The notes: a model not told the origin generated them from the letters alone. 64,000 nt of DNA from Octopus vulgaris (GCA_951406725.2 OX597839.1:39494001-39558000); one strand, 5' to 3'; positions 14,742 through 30,063 are shown, numbered from the stretch's first letter. Made by a program: numbers and translations.

Positions 14742-15047
14742 CACACACACACACACATACACACTACACTACACCACAAAACCGCTCCTGCCTGTCGTCT
14801 CTCCTCCGCTCTCTCACAATAAGATTCTGATCAAGCAGATAAAAAGACCAGAAATTTTGTCGGGTAACAATCAGACGGATTAATCCGGCCTCGGTATATC
14901 TGTATTTTATTTCCTCAACAACCAACCCCAGCCCCGTAACGATAAAAAGCGAAGTCGAGACCTTAAATACAATTTGAACCCAAAACATAAAGTGCTGCCA
15001 CCAAATAACCACGGGGCATTTTGTTCGACGCTCCAACGATCCACGCG

Positions 15048-15622
15048 ATCCACCGCTTGTAATATTATAATTTGTAACATTAGGGGCACAAAGCCTTGAT
15101 TTGTGAGAAGGGGATTTGTGAGTCAATGGAACCCTTGTATTTGACTGGTACTATATTTTAACAAGCCACAGGAGGATGAAAATCGCATGTAAAGCCGCGG
15201 AATTCGAACCCCGATTTTACTAATATAGACAGGGCACAGGGGCCCATAAATTTCGAGAAAGATTTACATTTTAAAGGGTCGGATTCAATACTCTCGGCCT
15301 AAGTACATGACTGGTATTACCATAAATTATTTTATCCACCGCTTGTAATATTATAATTTGTAACATTAGGGGCACAAAGCCTTGATTTGTGAGAAGGGGA
15401 TTTGTGAGTCAATGGAACCCTTGTATTTGACTGGTACTATATTTTAACAAGCCACAGGAGGATGAAAATCGCAAGTAAAGCCGCGGAATTCGAACCCCGA
15501 TTTTACTATTATAGACAGGGAACAGGGGCCCATAAATTTCGAGAAAGATTTACATTTTAAAGGGTCGGATTCAATGCTCTCGCCCTAAGTACATGACTGG
15601 TATTACCATAAATTATTTTATC
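15048..15622. repeat. Tandem duplication, 286-bp unit x2, made of old SINE B-like sequence
   Basis: ATCCACCGCTTGTAATATTATAATTTG starts at 15048 and 15334; few mismatches; ATC at the junctions. Confidence 0.92.
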
Positions 15623-16082
15623 GACCCCGGATGTATAAAAAGTGGGCCTGAATACCTAGTGAGATTCGATCTCGATTTCAAGGGGTCCACGAGTCTGTGC
15701 GCGTGCTAGTGTGGTAGGATGGATGGGTAGGTGGGTGAGTGGGCGAGTGAAACGTTTATTACATGGAAGTATATCGATTGTATATCGAACGCTGGAAGAA
15801 ATGAAAGGGCAGAGGAAAAAAAATATTGGGGTTTTGATGTTTGGTTAATATAAGAAGCAAAAAGAGGTTGCAGAAACCTGTGTCTGTGCATGTGTGTGTG
15901 TGTATGTGTGTGTGCGTGTGAGTGCGCGCGTGTGTGTGTATATATGTGTATAAGTGTGTGTGCTCATGCGTGAATGTATGTTTGTGGGTTTCTGAATTGT
16001 GTGTGTGTGTGCGTGTGTTTGCGTGTGTGTGTATAAGTGTGTGTGTGCTCATGCGTGAATGTATGTTTGTGGGTTTCTGAAT

Positions 16083-16114
<32 letters not shown>

Positions 16115-16898
16115 TTTGTGTATGTTTGTGTGTGTATGATCATGTATGTGTGTTTGTGTGTGAAAGCGCTTGCGCGTATGAATGTGTATTTGTGTGTGTG
16201 CATGTATGTGTGTTTGTGCGTGTGTGTGTGTTTGTGTGTCGAAGCGTTTGCGCATATGAATGTGTATTTGTGTGTGTGCATGTGTGTGTGTGTATGCCTC
16301 AGTGTGTGTGTGTGTGCATATATAATCTGTATATGTATAAACCAAAACTGAAACAAAAACCCGAGAAACAAAACAATTAAAAAAAAATAGAAAACGACCC
16401 TCCCACACCCAATACTTCAATACAATTCGAACTTCGATCAGTAAAAAAAACAAGGACCGTTATGAAATAAATACACCATTTGAAGGTGTTTGGCCGGGGC
16501 TCTACCGACAGCGCCAATATGAAGTGAAAGCGAAACTAAAAGGTTTAAGAGGAGATTGAGACAAGATATATGTGTATGGAAGCTGTGGAGCGAAGTTAAT
16601 CCCCCAATAGGCAACTGGTATTATTACAGTTTAGAGAGCCCTATGTTGGGGATATATGGAAAGACAAGGGGGCCACCGTAATTTGAACCCAGAAAAGGAA
16701 ACAGGCATGTGTATGTGTGAGATACATATGTATATTCTTTTATATACGTTTCAACACGAAGGCTGTGGCCATGCTGGAGTACCTACCGCCAGTTAGATCA
16801 CCTTTCAATGGCCAATCTTATGATTTGGCCTTTGGTGAAGGAAGAACTTCAGCACTGCTGGCATATAATATATATATATGGATGGATGCATATATATT

Positions 16899-16946
<48 letters not shown>

Positions 16947-16949
16947 TCA

Positions 16950-16997
<48 letters not shown>

Positions 16998-17423
16998 CCA
17001 TATATATATATATATTATCCACATATATATATCCATGATAGACAGACAGACAGATAGATGGATGACAATCTAGATATATGTTTTATATATACACACATAT
17101 GTTTTATATATACATATACATCAATGCATGTATACATATGGACATACACATGCACACGTGTGCATGTGTGTATGTGAGCATGCGTGCGCGCGCGGGCGGT
17201 GGCAGATAGGACCAAACGCGCACCTTTTCCTCATTAATGGAAGGTATACATGGATTTATCTACAAATATATTGCACAACAAATAATACACATATTTACAT
17301 ATATATATATATACACACACACACGTGTATATACATGTGTAAACATACAAACATCTATGTATAACATATATATACACGTATGTATTACATGCTTATAAAA
17401 AATTGTCTGTCTGCTGTCTGTGC

Positions 17424-17468
<45 letters not shown>

Positions 17469-17647
17469 CATATACACACACATAGTATATATATATACAC
17501 ATATGTGTGTGCATGCGCGTGTATATATATAAGTATATACATGGATGTATGTATCTATGCATACATGTATGTATGTATGTATATGTATGCATGAATGTAT
17601 GTATGTATGTATGTATGTATGTATTTATGCATGTATGCATGTATGTA

Positions 17648-17678
<31 letters not shown>

Positions 17679-18795
17679 ATGCATGTATGTGTGTGTATGT
17701 ATGTATGTATGTATGTATGTATGTATGTATGTATGTATGTTTGTATGTGTATGTATGTATGTATGTATGCAGGTATATACATGTATGTATGTATGTATGT
17801 ATGTATGTATGTATGTATGTATGTATGTGTGTATGCATGTTTAGTGTGTATGTAAAATGTATATACACACACATGCCTTTCATGCAGACAGGTCTGTTAC
17901 TCACGCCATTCCCACCCCCGCCGTTCCAGACCATTCACAAGAGAGTTACCGAACATAGAGGTACCAACACAGGTCTGATGAATACGCTAGACATAGCAGC
18001 AGCTAACTCTCTCTCTCTCTCACTCTCATCACGCCGTAGTCTTCATTAATTCCGGAAGGACACCATTAACAAATACTATAATGACTTAGGACTAAACTCG
18101 ATGAGATGGTCATGATTAGAACTCCTTTGCTCATCGATCGATCTATTGGATGACGGTCGATTTGGGACTAAACATCAATGTTTATATAAGGGACGAGGCC
18201 AGTAATTTTGTGAGGGGCGGAAGAGTCTCTTACATAGATCCCCCAGTATGTGACTGGTACTTCATTGTTATCGAATCCCAAATAGTAAACAGTTATAGCA
18301 ACAAGCAAAGACGATACCACACACACACACGCGTACGTATTGGACACGCGCATGCATAGAGAAGCGCATAGGCATACATGAACACACACAAAACAAGTGT
18401 GCACACAGACACACACACACATACACACACTGATATACACGGATTCAAAGGCACACACACACACACACACACACTGATATACACGGATTCAAAGGCACAC
18501 ACACACACAAAACAGGCGTGCACACACACACACACACACACTGATATACACGGATTGAAAGACACAAAACAGGCGTGCACATACACACATACAAGGGTAC
18601 GCGTACACATGGCCACACATACACACACACACTTAACCACAAAAGCACACACACTTAAAGGCGCGTGCACACACAAACACATACACACACACACACACAC
18701 ACACATAAAAGACATACATATTCAAAATACACACAAAACTATACACACCCACTCAGCCACACACACACACACGCGCACAAACACACAGACACACA

Positions 18796-18841
<46 letters not shown>

Positions 18842-19054
18842 CGGAGGGCAACAGAAAAAACTACAAATGAAAAAAAAAAAAATACATCCACTTGGTCTCC
18901 GGAGTAAAGAACAAGGGTTCGTTTTAAACGATCCCTTTACAGCAGCAACAACAAGAGAAACAATAATTCTTTATTTGTTACAAGTGCAATGGAATAATGA
19001 CGACGACGATGATGATGATGACGATGATGGTGATGATGATGGCAATATTGACGG

Positions 19055-19089
<35 letters not shown>

Positions 19090-19232
19090 GTGGTTTTTGG
19101 TGGTCTTTGGTGGTCATGGCTTAATTTTTGTCTTAGCGGTTAACGTTTTTAGCGAAAGATTACAAGGCAAAAAACAGAAGCGAAGCATGTTGCAAGATAA
19201 TGGATGTGCACGATCTATCTATCTGTCTATTC

Positions 19233-19313
<81 letters not shown>

Positions 19314-19397
19314 CACACGCGTATTTGTGTGTGTGTGTGTGTGTGTGCGTACGTATATATGTATAGTTAGAGAAATAGATAGAATAAATAGATAGAT

Positions 19398-19505
<108 letters not shown>

Positions 19506-19900
19506 GTAAATGATGACATTACAGGAACGTTGTTTTCATTATATATAAATATACAAAATATATACATTTATATGTATATACAAACATAAATATTTTGTAT
19601 ACACAAACATATATATTTTCAAACATACATATATTCTATACACTCTCACACACACACACACATAATTCTATACACATACACATATATATGTGTATATATT
19701 AATATATATATATATCTTATACATATATATATATACATACATACATACAAACATACACACACATATATGTGTATATATGTATGCATGTATGTATATACAA
19801 AATCTTGACATATATTCATGTATGCGTGTATAACTAAGTTTGTGTATGCATGACAATTACACACATACATATATATATGTATACATATATATACATACAT

Positions 19901-19936
<36 letters not shown>

Positions 19937-20034
19937 TGCAACATGTATGCTTGATAATACATACACTACACATACACTATACACACACAAAAACATATAT
20001 ATGCACACATACATAACACACACACATACTTTTG

Positions 20035-20070
<36 letters not shown>

Positions 20071-20754
20071 GCAAAATAATCGCTACATTTACAATAGCAA
20101 TAACACAGCAACAATACTTAAAGTGTATATATAAATATGCGAGTGTGTGTGTATATACACATATACAAAGATTTTAAATAATGTTTAATGTGTGTGTGTG
20201 TGTGTGTATATGTATAAAAATAAGAAAATGACATAAAAATATATATATATATATATGTGTGGGGCCCAATATATAATATAAATATAATTACAATGAACAG
20301 ATATATATATGTATTATGTATAAATGTATAAAATATGTGTGCATGGATGATAAATTAATATATACAATATAACAGATATATAAATAATATATAATATATA
20401 ATGTATAATATATATGTATAAATATATACCGGGTCCTGTTGGTTACGCAGCATTATATGTGTAAACCATCCGTTTGAGTTTTGGCTGTCGTTGTATTTAC
20501 TAGTTGCAATAATTGAAAATATATGTTGTATATATATATGTTATATATAATTAATTAACAAAAACACATCTAGTATATGCATGTGCGCGCGTGTACTTTC
20601 CTGTATGTGTGTATATGTATGTTTATATATATATGTATGTATGTATATATATATATATATATATAGGCGCGTGTGTTTGTATATATAGAAATTTAGAAGA
20701 TATTGTTATATATTTATAAAGGATATTTTGTTTGAAAACTAAACACGCACTTGC

Positions 20755-20859
<105 letters not shown>

Positions 20860-21444
20860 ATATATATATATAAACACCACTTAAGTGAAAATACTACAAG
20901 AGGCAAAATATACGCCTGTTCCTGTTATACGTGTGAGCGCGCGTATTTGTGTATATTTTATATTAGTGTATATATATATTATATAGAGTGTTTGTGTGTG
21001 TGTTTATGTCTGTCTGTGTGTATGTGTGCGTGCGTGCGTGCGTGCGTTGTCTTGTGTGTTTGTTATATGATGATGTTCTGTTGTGTTGTAGTTGTGTTAA
21101 GAGATATCTGGTTGTTCGTCTTGTTAATAAATGTTTGTTGGTTTGTTGGACTGGTTGTGTGTGTGTTGTGAATGCGATGTGTGGAGCGGTGTAGTTGTGT
21201 GATGATGGTGTTGTGTGCTCGCTTGCTCCCTATGCCTGGTGTCTCTGTGTGTGTGTATATGTGTGTGTGTTTGTGTGTGTGTGTATGTGTGTTTATGAAT
21301 GCGAGGGTATGTACGCGTGTGAGTAATATAGTTATATATTTATTATATGCGTGTGTGTATATATATTCGTATACGTGTCTGTGTGTGTGAGTGAGAGGGA
21401 ATTGAGAGATTATTAGGGAAAAGATAAAATGTAGAGATAGATAC

Positions 21445-21475
<31 letters not shown>

Positions 21476-21494
21476 TACAGAGAGAGAGAGATAC

Positions 21495-21534
<40 letters not shown>

Positions 21535-22569
21535 GGAGAGAGAGAATGAAAGAAACGGGAGAGATTTTGCTAAAAGAGTGTTTTTATTGAAATTATTAAT
21601 ATTACTGCAATTAAAATATATATATATATATATACACACACACATATATATATATATATATACATATATATATACAGTTCATACACGTGTATACGTGTAA
21701 ATGCGTGTGTATGTATGTGCTTATATATATATATATATATATGTATGTAAGTATGTATCTATGTATGTATGTGTGTGTGTGTGTTAGTTTTGTCCGGGTC
21801 TTTTAAAAATACAAAAACTAACACGATAATTCGTTCCTTATTTTGTTTTTCTTCTTCTTTCGTTCATTCACCGCCAACACATTATTAGTAAAACACCGCC
21901 ATCACCACCACCACCACCACCACCACCATCATCACCACCACCATCACCACCATCATCATCATCGTCGTCATCTACTACAATGCAATTCTCACCGCCGCCA
22001 CCCAACACTACTAACTCTTCCACCATCGCTTACACCATCATTAAGCGCCATCACCATCACCACCACCACCAACACCAACACCATCATCGTTGTTACGATT
22101 TCCACCGCCACCGCCATCACCGTCTCCGCCGACGTCGCCATCATCATCATCATCATCATTATTGCCATCATCAAAGCAAATGTACCTCCGCCGCCGTTTT
22201 CCTTCTTCGTCTCCGCTACCGCCGACTAATCTTCGTAAGGCCACTGCTCCTGCTGCTGCTGTATATGAATGTGTGTATGTGTGTTTATGTATGTGTGTGT
22301 GTATGGGGAAAGAGAGGAGAGAGAGAGATAGAGGGGAAGCAGACAGGAGAGAGTGAGAAAAGGAGTAGTAGAGAGAGAGAGAGCTTATAGAGGAAGACAG
22401 AGGGCTTGAATGTATGTGTGTGTATGGTGTATGGATGTGAGTGTGTGTCCGTAATGGTTAAAGCTCTTACACTGTACCATTTACACACGAACACACATAT
22501 ACGTAAATATATACACACATCCATCACTTACACACACACACACACTAATGCATTCTTTCTAAACCTTCA

Positions 22570-22572
22570 ATT

Positions 22573-22622
<50 letters not shown>

Positions 22623-22748
22623 CTATCTATCTATCTATCTCTATCTTTACCGATCACTCAATATACATGCTATTTCTAGTGTCTCTCTTTCACACACACA
22701 CACAACACATAGTACTACTTCTACACTTTCTTTTCCTCTCTGTCTCCC

Positions 22749-22784
<36 letters not shown>

Positions 22785-23264
22785 GTCTACATCTCTCCTT
22801 CATATGCAATCTCTCCTTTTCCACGTCTCTCACATCCCCCGATCTCTTTCTCTGTCTCTTCCCTCTTATACACACACACACACATAACTGCACTTACATA
22901 TAATCTCTTACACACACATATACATGCATATAACTACATATCTCTCTCTCTCTTTCTCTCTATAACGCACACACACACACACACATACACACACACACAC
23001 GCACGTAACTACATCGCTCACACACACTTATAACTATTTCTTCCTTTCACACACACACACACACACACACAATCTCTTTTTCCTCACTCTACACACACAC
23101 AACTACATCTTTCTTTCTCCCTTACTCTATCTCTCTCTCTATCTAACTGTACACACACACACGCACGTAACTACATCGCTCACACACACTTATAACTATT
23201 TCTCCTTTTCACACACACACACACACACAATCTCGTCTTTTTCCTCACTGTACACACACAACTA

Positions 23265-23300
<36 letters not shown>

Positions 23301-23415
23301 ACCATACACACACACACACACACACACACATTCATAGTCACAACTGTTTCTATCTCTTACAAACATGCTCGTAACATCTCATCTTCCAACACGTTACAAT
23401 CTCTCTCTCTGTCCG

Positions 23416-23450
<35 letters not shown>

Positions 23451-24029
23451 ACACACATAACTACAACACTGTTTCCATCTTACACACACACACACACACA
23501 CACAACTTCCTCTCTATCTCTCTTCCTTCCTCTGTCTATCTCTTTCTTTCTCTCTCTCTATCTCTCAAACACACACGCATTTTTGTAACTTACACGTAAC
23601 TTCTCTTACATACGGCTTACACACACATGTTGCTCTCTCTTTCTCCCCGACACACACACGCACACACACACACAACTACATCGCTCTACCTTCTCCCTCC
23701 CTCTCTCTCTCTCTCTCTCCTTCACACACAATTATTACAATGTTTCTTTCTCTTTGTCTCTCATTCACACAGACTCACAACTATTATTACTCTCTCTCTC
23801 TCTCTCTGTCTTTATCTCTCTCTTTCTTTCTCTCTACACACACACGCGCGCGCACGACCACTACACTCTCTTTCTGTCTATTTCTCCCCTTCCCATTCAC
23901 TCTCTCCCTCCCTCTCTCCCTCGCTCTATCTCTCTCTCTCTCTCTCTCTCACGCAACCACCGTAGTCTCTTCTCTCTGTCTCTGTCCCTCCCTGAAATTA
24001 CTACATACTCTTTCTTTCTCTCACTCTCA

Positions 24030-24064
<35 letters not shown>

Positions 24065-24740
24065 TCGTACACATACATACATACACGTTTCTCTCATTCA
24101 TACACATTTTCTGTATTTACTCCTTCTCCTCTCTCTATCTCTCTATCTCTTCACAAGTCACTCACAACACTTTCACTCTCTCTCTCTCTCTCACATACAC
24201 AGTCTATCAGTCCCTCTGTCTTTCTTACTTTCCCATTCCTCTCTTTCTCTCTCTATCAATTCCTACCTCTTTCTATTTTCCTCCCATGCCGTCTCTCTCT
24301 CTCTCTCTCACTCTTTCTCTCTCTCACTCTTTCTCTCTCTCTCTCTCTCTCATACATCCTCTACTCTATCTCTTTTACTCTCCCGTACCTCTTCTCTCAA
24401 GCCTTCTGCTTTTTCTCCTCCCCTCCATCTAATTCTCTCCTCTCTCTATTCCTCACATAATTTAGATACGCATACACGTGCACCACTCATCCACGTGTGC
24501 TATTGTATTTTCTCTCTCTCTCTCTCTCTTTCTCACTCTTTCCCCCGTCTCTCACTCTACCCATCCCCCTCTATCGCTTTCCCCCCTCTTCTCTCTCTAT
24601 GTATCTTTTCTCTCTTTCTTGCATTCTGTCTTCTTTCTCTTTTTCTCTTCTCTTCCTCTCTCTGTACCCTTCCTTCTCTCTCTGTTTCTCTCTTCCTTGC
24701 TCGCTTTCTCTACAACCCCTTCACCTCTCATTCTTTCTGA
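22570..24740. repeat. Extended (CT)/(CA) low-complexity pyrimidine-rich domain
   Basis: Direct inspection; includes a ~150-bp internal duplication near 22990-23270. Confidence 0.9.
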
Positions 24741-24809
24741 AATATCTTTGATCATAGGGGCCTATTCGATCAGAACTGACCTGGTGCTAAACTGCCACGG
24801 CAATCACGC

Positions 24810-25627
24810 CGCCACCACCACCACCGCCACCATCGCCACTACCACCACCATCACCGCCACCAATACCACCACCACCGCCACCACCGCCACTACCGACACC
24901 ACCACTACCTTCACCACCACCGCCACTACCGCCACCACCACCAATACCACCACCACCGCCACTACCACCACTACCACGAGAACCACCACCACCATCACCA
25001 TCGCCACTACCACCACTACCACCACCACCGCCACCACCACCACCACCGCCACCACCACCACCGCCACCACCAATACCACCACCACCGCCACCACTACCAC
25101 CACCACCACTAAACCTCACACTCCTACTCAAATCGTTCCTATTTCTTTCCCCTTCTATCACAATAATTCCTTTTTCATTCATGTTTCTCCTTCGTCTCTT
25201 TCGTCGCTTTACCTCACATCACTTATTCTCGCCTTTCATTCATTCAATAATCTTGCATATTTTTCATTCAATCGCTGCTGCTGCTGCTATCTCGCTACCT
25301 CCCTCCTTCTTCTTCTTCTTCTTCTTCTTCTTCTTCTTCCTCTTCCTTTTTCTTCTTCTTCCTTCTCCTTTTTCTTATTCTTTTTCTTCTTCTTTCTCCT
25401 TTTACTTCTTCTCCTCCTTCCTTTTTCTCTCTTCTTTTTCTTCTTCCTCTTCTTCTTCTTCTTCCTTTTCTTCTTCTTCCTTTTCTTCTTCTTCCTCCTC
25501 CTTTTTCTTATTCTTTTTCTTCTTCTTCTTCCTCCTTTTTCTTCTTTTTCTCCTCCTTCCTTTTTTCTTTTTTCTTCTTCCTTTTTCTCTCTTTCTTCTT
25601 CTTCTTCTTCTTCTTCTTCTTCTTCTC
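24810..25627. repeat. (ACC)n tract followed by (TTC)n tract
   Basis: Trinucleotide arrays at 24810-25110 and 25307-25627. Confidence 0.95.
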
Positions 25628-26199
25628 GCTTTCCCGCTAGCCAATCTAGTTCATTCACCACCTTAAACTCATTCGTTCTTTCATTGTATCGCCCTCCCCA
25701 CATTTTTTTCATTCTTTCGTCGCTTCTTCTCTCTTCTTTATTCTCTCGTTCGTCATTTCACACAACATTCATCTCTCCTTCACCGTATCTCTTATTCCCT
25801 CTTTTATCATCCGCACGCTTATTCCTTTAATCATCACCCCCGTTGCTCATCCATGCCTTCCTTCCTTCCTTCCTTCCTTCGATTATTTCATTCACTTCTT
25901 CTCACTGTCATTCTCTCGTTCAACCCTAACACCCTTCGAATACTTCTTCCACTTGTTTTCATTCCATCACTTCTTCCCATCTCTCGTTCATCGTATTTCA
26001 AAAAATCGTAGGCTCAACATGTCTCCTTGTTTAACACCATTCAATCAATCCTCGGACCTTTTTGAATTTTCCCTAAATTTATTTTCATTCTCTCACTTTC
26101 TCCCGGTTCCATTCTCTCATTCATTCATGCTTTAAAAACGGGAGCCAAACTTCCAATCCTTTATTTGGTTTTTGGACCTATTCTCACCTATTCTTATAT

Positions 26200-26562
26200 T
26201 TTTTTGTTTGTTTCAGTTACGTGACTGCGCCCATACTAGAGCACCGCCTTAAAGAGTTTTAGTTGAAGAAATCAACCTCAGGACTTATTCTTTGGAAGCC
26301 TAGTACTTATTCTGTCGGTTTCTTCGCTGAACTGCTAATTTACAGGAACATAAACACACCAGCACCGGTTGTCAAGCGATGGCAGTGACACACACACAAA
26401 TATATACATATATATACGACGGACTTCTTTCAGTTTCCGTCTACCAAATCCATTCACAAGGTTGTGGTCGGCCCGAGGCGCCCAAGGTACCACGCAGCGG
26501 AACTGAACCCAGAGAACCATGAGGTTGAGAAGCAAGCTTCTTACCGTACAGCCACGCCTGCA
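26200..26562 (-). mobile_element. SINE family A
   Basis: Reverse complement of family A from tail to head. Confidence 0.85.
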
Positions 26563-26589
26563 CCTTTGGTCAATGAATGTTGGGTAAAA

Positions 26590-26860
26590 GAAGAAGAAGA
26601 AGAAGAAGAAGAAGAAAAAGAAAAAGAAAAAGAAAAAGAAGAAGAAAAAGAAAAAGAAGAAGAAGAAGAAGAAGAAGAAGGAGAAGAAGAAGAAGAAAAG
26701 AAGAAGAAGAAGAAGAAGAAGAAGGAGAAGGAGAAGAAGAAGAAAAAGAAGAAGAAGAAGAAGAAGAAGAAGAAAAAGAAAAAAAAAGAAAAAGAAAAAG
26801 AAAAAGAAAGAAAAAGAAGAAGAAGAAGAAGAAGAAGAAGAAGAAGAAGAAGAAGAAGAA
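26590..26860. repeat. (GAA)n polypurine tract
   Basis: Direct inspection. Confidence 0.95.
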
Positions 26861-26991
26861 GCCATGGAGCAGGTGCCTGACGACTCTACCCCTTTCTTCC
26901 GGTTCTTTACGTTCCTAAAATTCAAGAATCCTCTAAAGTTCACATGCCATCAAAGAAAAGGACAGGATTATTGTTTGGAGATATGAGGGCA

Positions 26992-27036
26992 GTCATGGAC
27001 AAGCGTTTCTGCCCCAATACGCGTCATCAGCTCAAC
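26992..27036 (-). ncRNA. Type I hammerhead-like motif with intact core
   Basis: GUUGAG-CUGAUGA-CGC(GUAUUGGG)GCA-GAAAC(GCUU)GUC-CAUGAC; canonical CUGAUGA/GAAA/GUC, stems imperfect. Confidence 0.5.
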
Positions 27037-27174
27037 AATCAGCCTAGCTTATTTCCAAAACCCAGCTTATTTCCTTCGAGTGAAAACAGATAGAAAATGT
27101 CCAAATAAATGCATATAGTTCTTGAAAAGACCAATGCTTGATAGGAAACTTGCATTTAAAAAAAAAATTTTTTA

Positions 27175-27430
27175 ATTTAATTTTATTTTTATTTTATCTA
27201 GTTTCAGCTCACGAGCTGTGGCCATGCTGGGGCACCGCCATTTGGTGTTGCTACATGATTTTACTTCATGAATGCTTTTTAGCAATTGCCATTTGGTGCA
27301 TGAGAGAGTTCGATGCAACTGCCCTCATCTGCACCTCCTGCCGTGAAGTTGGTTCATCTGGGACACCTGACAGTTTCAGTTGCAAAACTTTATAATATTG
27401 GTCATATTACAAGAGCCCATTCCAACAAAC
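27175..27430 (-). mobile_element. 3' end of a probable non-LTR retrotransposon (family D) sharing its tail with SINE A
   Basis: Ends GGCGGTGCCCCAGCATGGCCACAGCTCGTGAGCTGAAACTAG plus (ATAAA)n; the upstream body differs from SINE A. Confidence 0.5.
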
Positions 27431-27501
27431 AGGGGATATAAATTAGAAAAATAAATGAATAAATAAAATGGTTCGGTGTGTATAGGAAAAGGGAAGGGAA
27501 C

Positions 27502-27615
27502 GTTGAGCAGAAAATTTGCATCAAATTTTGCCAAAAGCTTGGCGATACCTGCTCAGAGGTCTACGCAAAGTTTTCAAAAGGTTTTCACCGTTCTCGACAC
27601 AATCTAATTGCAGTG
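27502..27615 (+). mobile_element. Mariner-type transposase N-terminal fragment (non-autonomous remnant)
   Basis: Translates VEQKICIKFCQKLGDTCSEVYAK, resembling the EQRxxIKFCxKLG start of mariner transposases. Confidence 0.6.
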
Positions 27616-27961
27616 TGGTCGTCTTACCCTTTCATTCTTCCGGGGTTGATGAGATAAGTAGCATTTGAGCACTGAGCTCCCTGTAACAGGAGATTAGTCC
27701 CCACCCACAGAATTTCAGGCCTTGTGCCTTTACAAGCAGTAAGGGTTACTCTACTTGCTAGAGGAGGCGGCGGCGACGAGATGGCAGAATCGTTAGTACG
27801 CCGGACGAAATACTTAGCGGCATTTCGTCCATCTATGTGTTTTTAGTTCAAAAACCGCAACGACGACCTTTCTATCACCCCCGCTTTCATCCTTCTGGCG
27901 GGGGTCAATAAAATAAATACGAGTTGAGGACTGGGTGACAATATAATCGACAACTCCTCCT

Positions 27962-28440
27962 AATCCACTCACGAGGCTTTGGTCGGCCCGAGGCTATAGT
28001 AGAAGACACTTGCCCAAGGTGCCACGCAGTGGGACTGAACCCGGAACCATGTGGTCCAGCCCCATGTCCAAATATTGTCTTATATCTTTTACTTGTTTCG
28101 GCCATTGGACTGCGGCCATGCTGGGGCACCACTTTGAAGGATTCTAGTCAGACTTATTTTTAAGTGATACGTATTCTAGTAGGATTTTCTTTTTGCTGAA
28201 CCTCAAGTTACTAGGACGTAAACAAACCAGTGCCGGTTGTTAAGCGGTTGGTGGGAACGATCACAAGCAGAGGCACGCGCGCGCGCATGCGCACACATAA
28301 ACCACGAGCCTCCACACAGTTTCCGTCAACCAAATCCACTCATCAGGCATTGTCCGGATCGTGACTATAGTTGAAGAAACTTGCCCAAGGTACCGCATCG
28401 AGTGGTACTGAAGCCGATGTCACACGGTTACAAAGAAGTG
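27962..28440 (-). mobile_element. Two SINE family A pieces
   Basis: 5' part at 27962-28053 and a diverged copy at 28086-28440. Confidence 0.75.
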
Positions 28441-28811
28441 ATTAAGCCCATACTAGAGTATCCAAACAGTGGCACAAGAGCACAGGGGAACTGTGACACG
28501 GAGCCCCCACCATGGCCGCTTCCTAATGATCGAAAGACGTAAAAGATAAGATGGAAGACATATGGAGACGATGAGGTTGGCGAAAATTGTTCTTTTTTCC
28601 TCCAATTTCTGTTGAAGAGCCAGGATTTGATTGGTAATTTATTTCTATCGACCCCAGGATGGGAAAATGGGAAGAATGATAAGCAAAGATTACCACAATA
28701 GTATTTGAATTCAGAAGCACGGCGTATACTTTCCGACGTCCGAACGGTTTTGTAATCTCGCCATCATTTCAACAAACTCTCACACACTAGCATATATACA
28801 CAGTCTGCAAC

Positions 28812-28957
<146 letters not shown>

Positions 28958-28996
28958 GACATATATATAGGATATACGCATGTACATATATAGGTC

Positions 28997-29031
<35 letters not shown>

Positions 29032-29090
29032 CATATATAAATAGAGGATATATATATATTTCTACATATATAGGATATATATATACATAT

Positions 29091-29145
<55 letters not shown>

Positions 29146-29571
29146 GTATATATAGGTTATACATATACAACCATGTGTGTCTATACACACACACACACAC
29201 ACTGATAGATACAAATATAGGATGCATATATCCTATTGTTGTTTGTATTTTTGGCTGTAATCTTGATCAAGCAGATGTGTTCCATCTTAAAAGTACAACC
29301 AGACACACTCGCGCAAACAACACAGAAGAATTGGATTGAAAAGAAAAACGGAAGCAAGTACATAACCTATTGTTTGTATTTTGGCTGTAATCTGTGTGTG
29401 TGTGTGTGTGTGTATACATTCGCATATCCCCCCTCAAGTCTCACACGCATACACAAATTTTCATAACTATGAACTAGAAGTTTCCCAAACGTCCACCGCA
29501 CACAAGAGCTCGCACACGCATACATATATATACACACATATTTATACACACGCACATATATATATATATAT

Positions 29572-29798
29572 TGCTTTACTACCCACAAGGGGCTAAACAT
29601 AGAGGGGACAAACAAGGACAGACAAAAGGATTGAGTCGATTACATCGACCCAGTGCTAAACTGGTACTTTATTTATCGACCCCGAGAGGATGAAAGGCAA
29701 TGTCGACCTCGGCGGAATTTGAACTCAGAACGTAACGGCAGACGATATACCGCTAAGCATTTCGCCCGGCGCGCTAACGTTTCTGCCAGCTCGCCGCC
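29572..29798 (-). mobile_element. SINE family B, full-length monomer
   Basis: Minus strand GGCGGCGAGCTGGCAGAAACGTTAGC (A box)…GAGTTCAAATTCC (B box)…AGCCCCTTGTGGGTAGTAAAG. Confidence 0.9.
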
Positions 29799-30009
29799 TA
29801 TGCATTTATATGCATACGTATATACATATACTGACATGTATGTAGACACACACAAACGTACGTATATAAATATACACATACAACTATTAAACACACACAC
29901 ACACACACATAGATTAAAACAGTTTGATCCAGACTCCTTGGTACTCTGAGTTTCAAGCGTATGACTAGTCTTCGGCCATTCGGGCCCTCACAAGCGCTAG
30001 TATACATAC

Positions 30010-30063
<54 letters not shown>

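Noticed and set aside
24746-24777. Small hairpin TTGATCATAGG/CCTATTCGATCAG
   Set aside because: Too short for a pre-miRNA and within chance expectation.
24478-25830. 450-aa ORF
   Set aside because: Made of (CT)n, (ACC)n and (TTC)n tracts.
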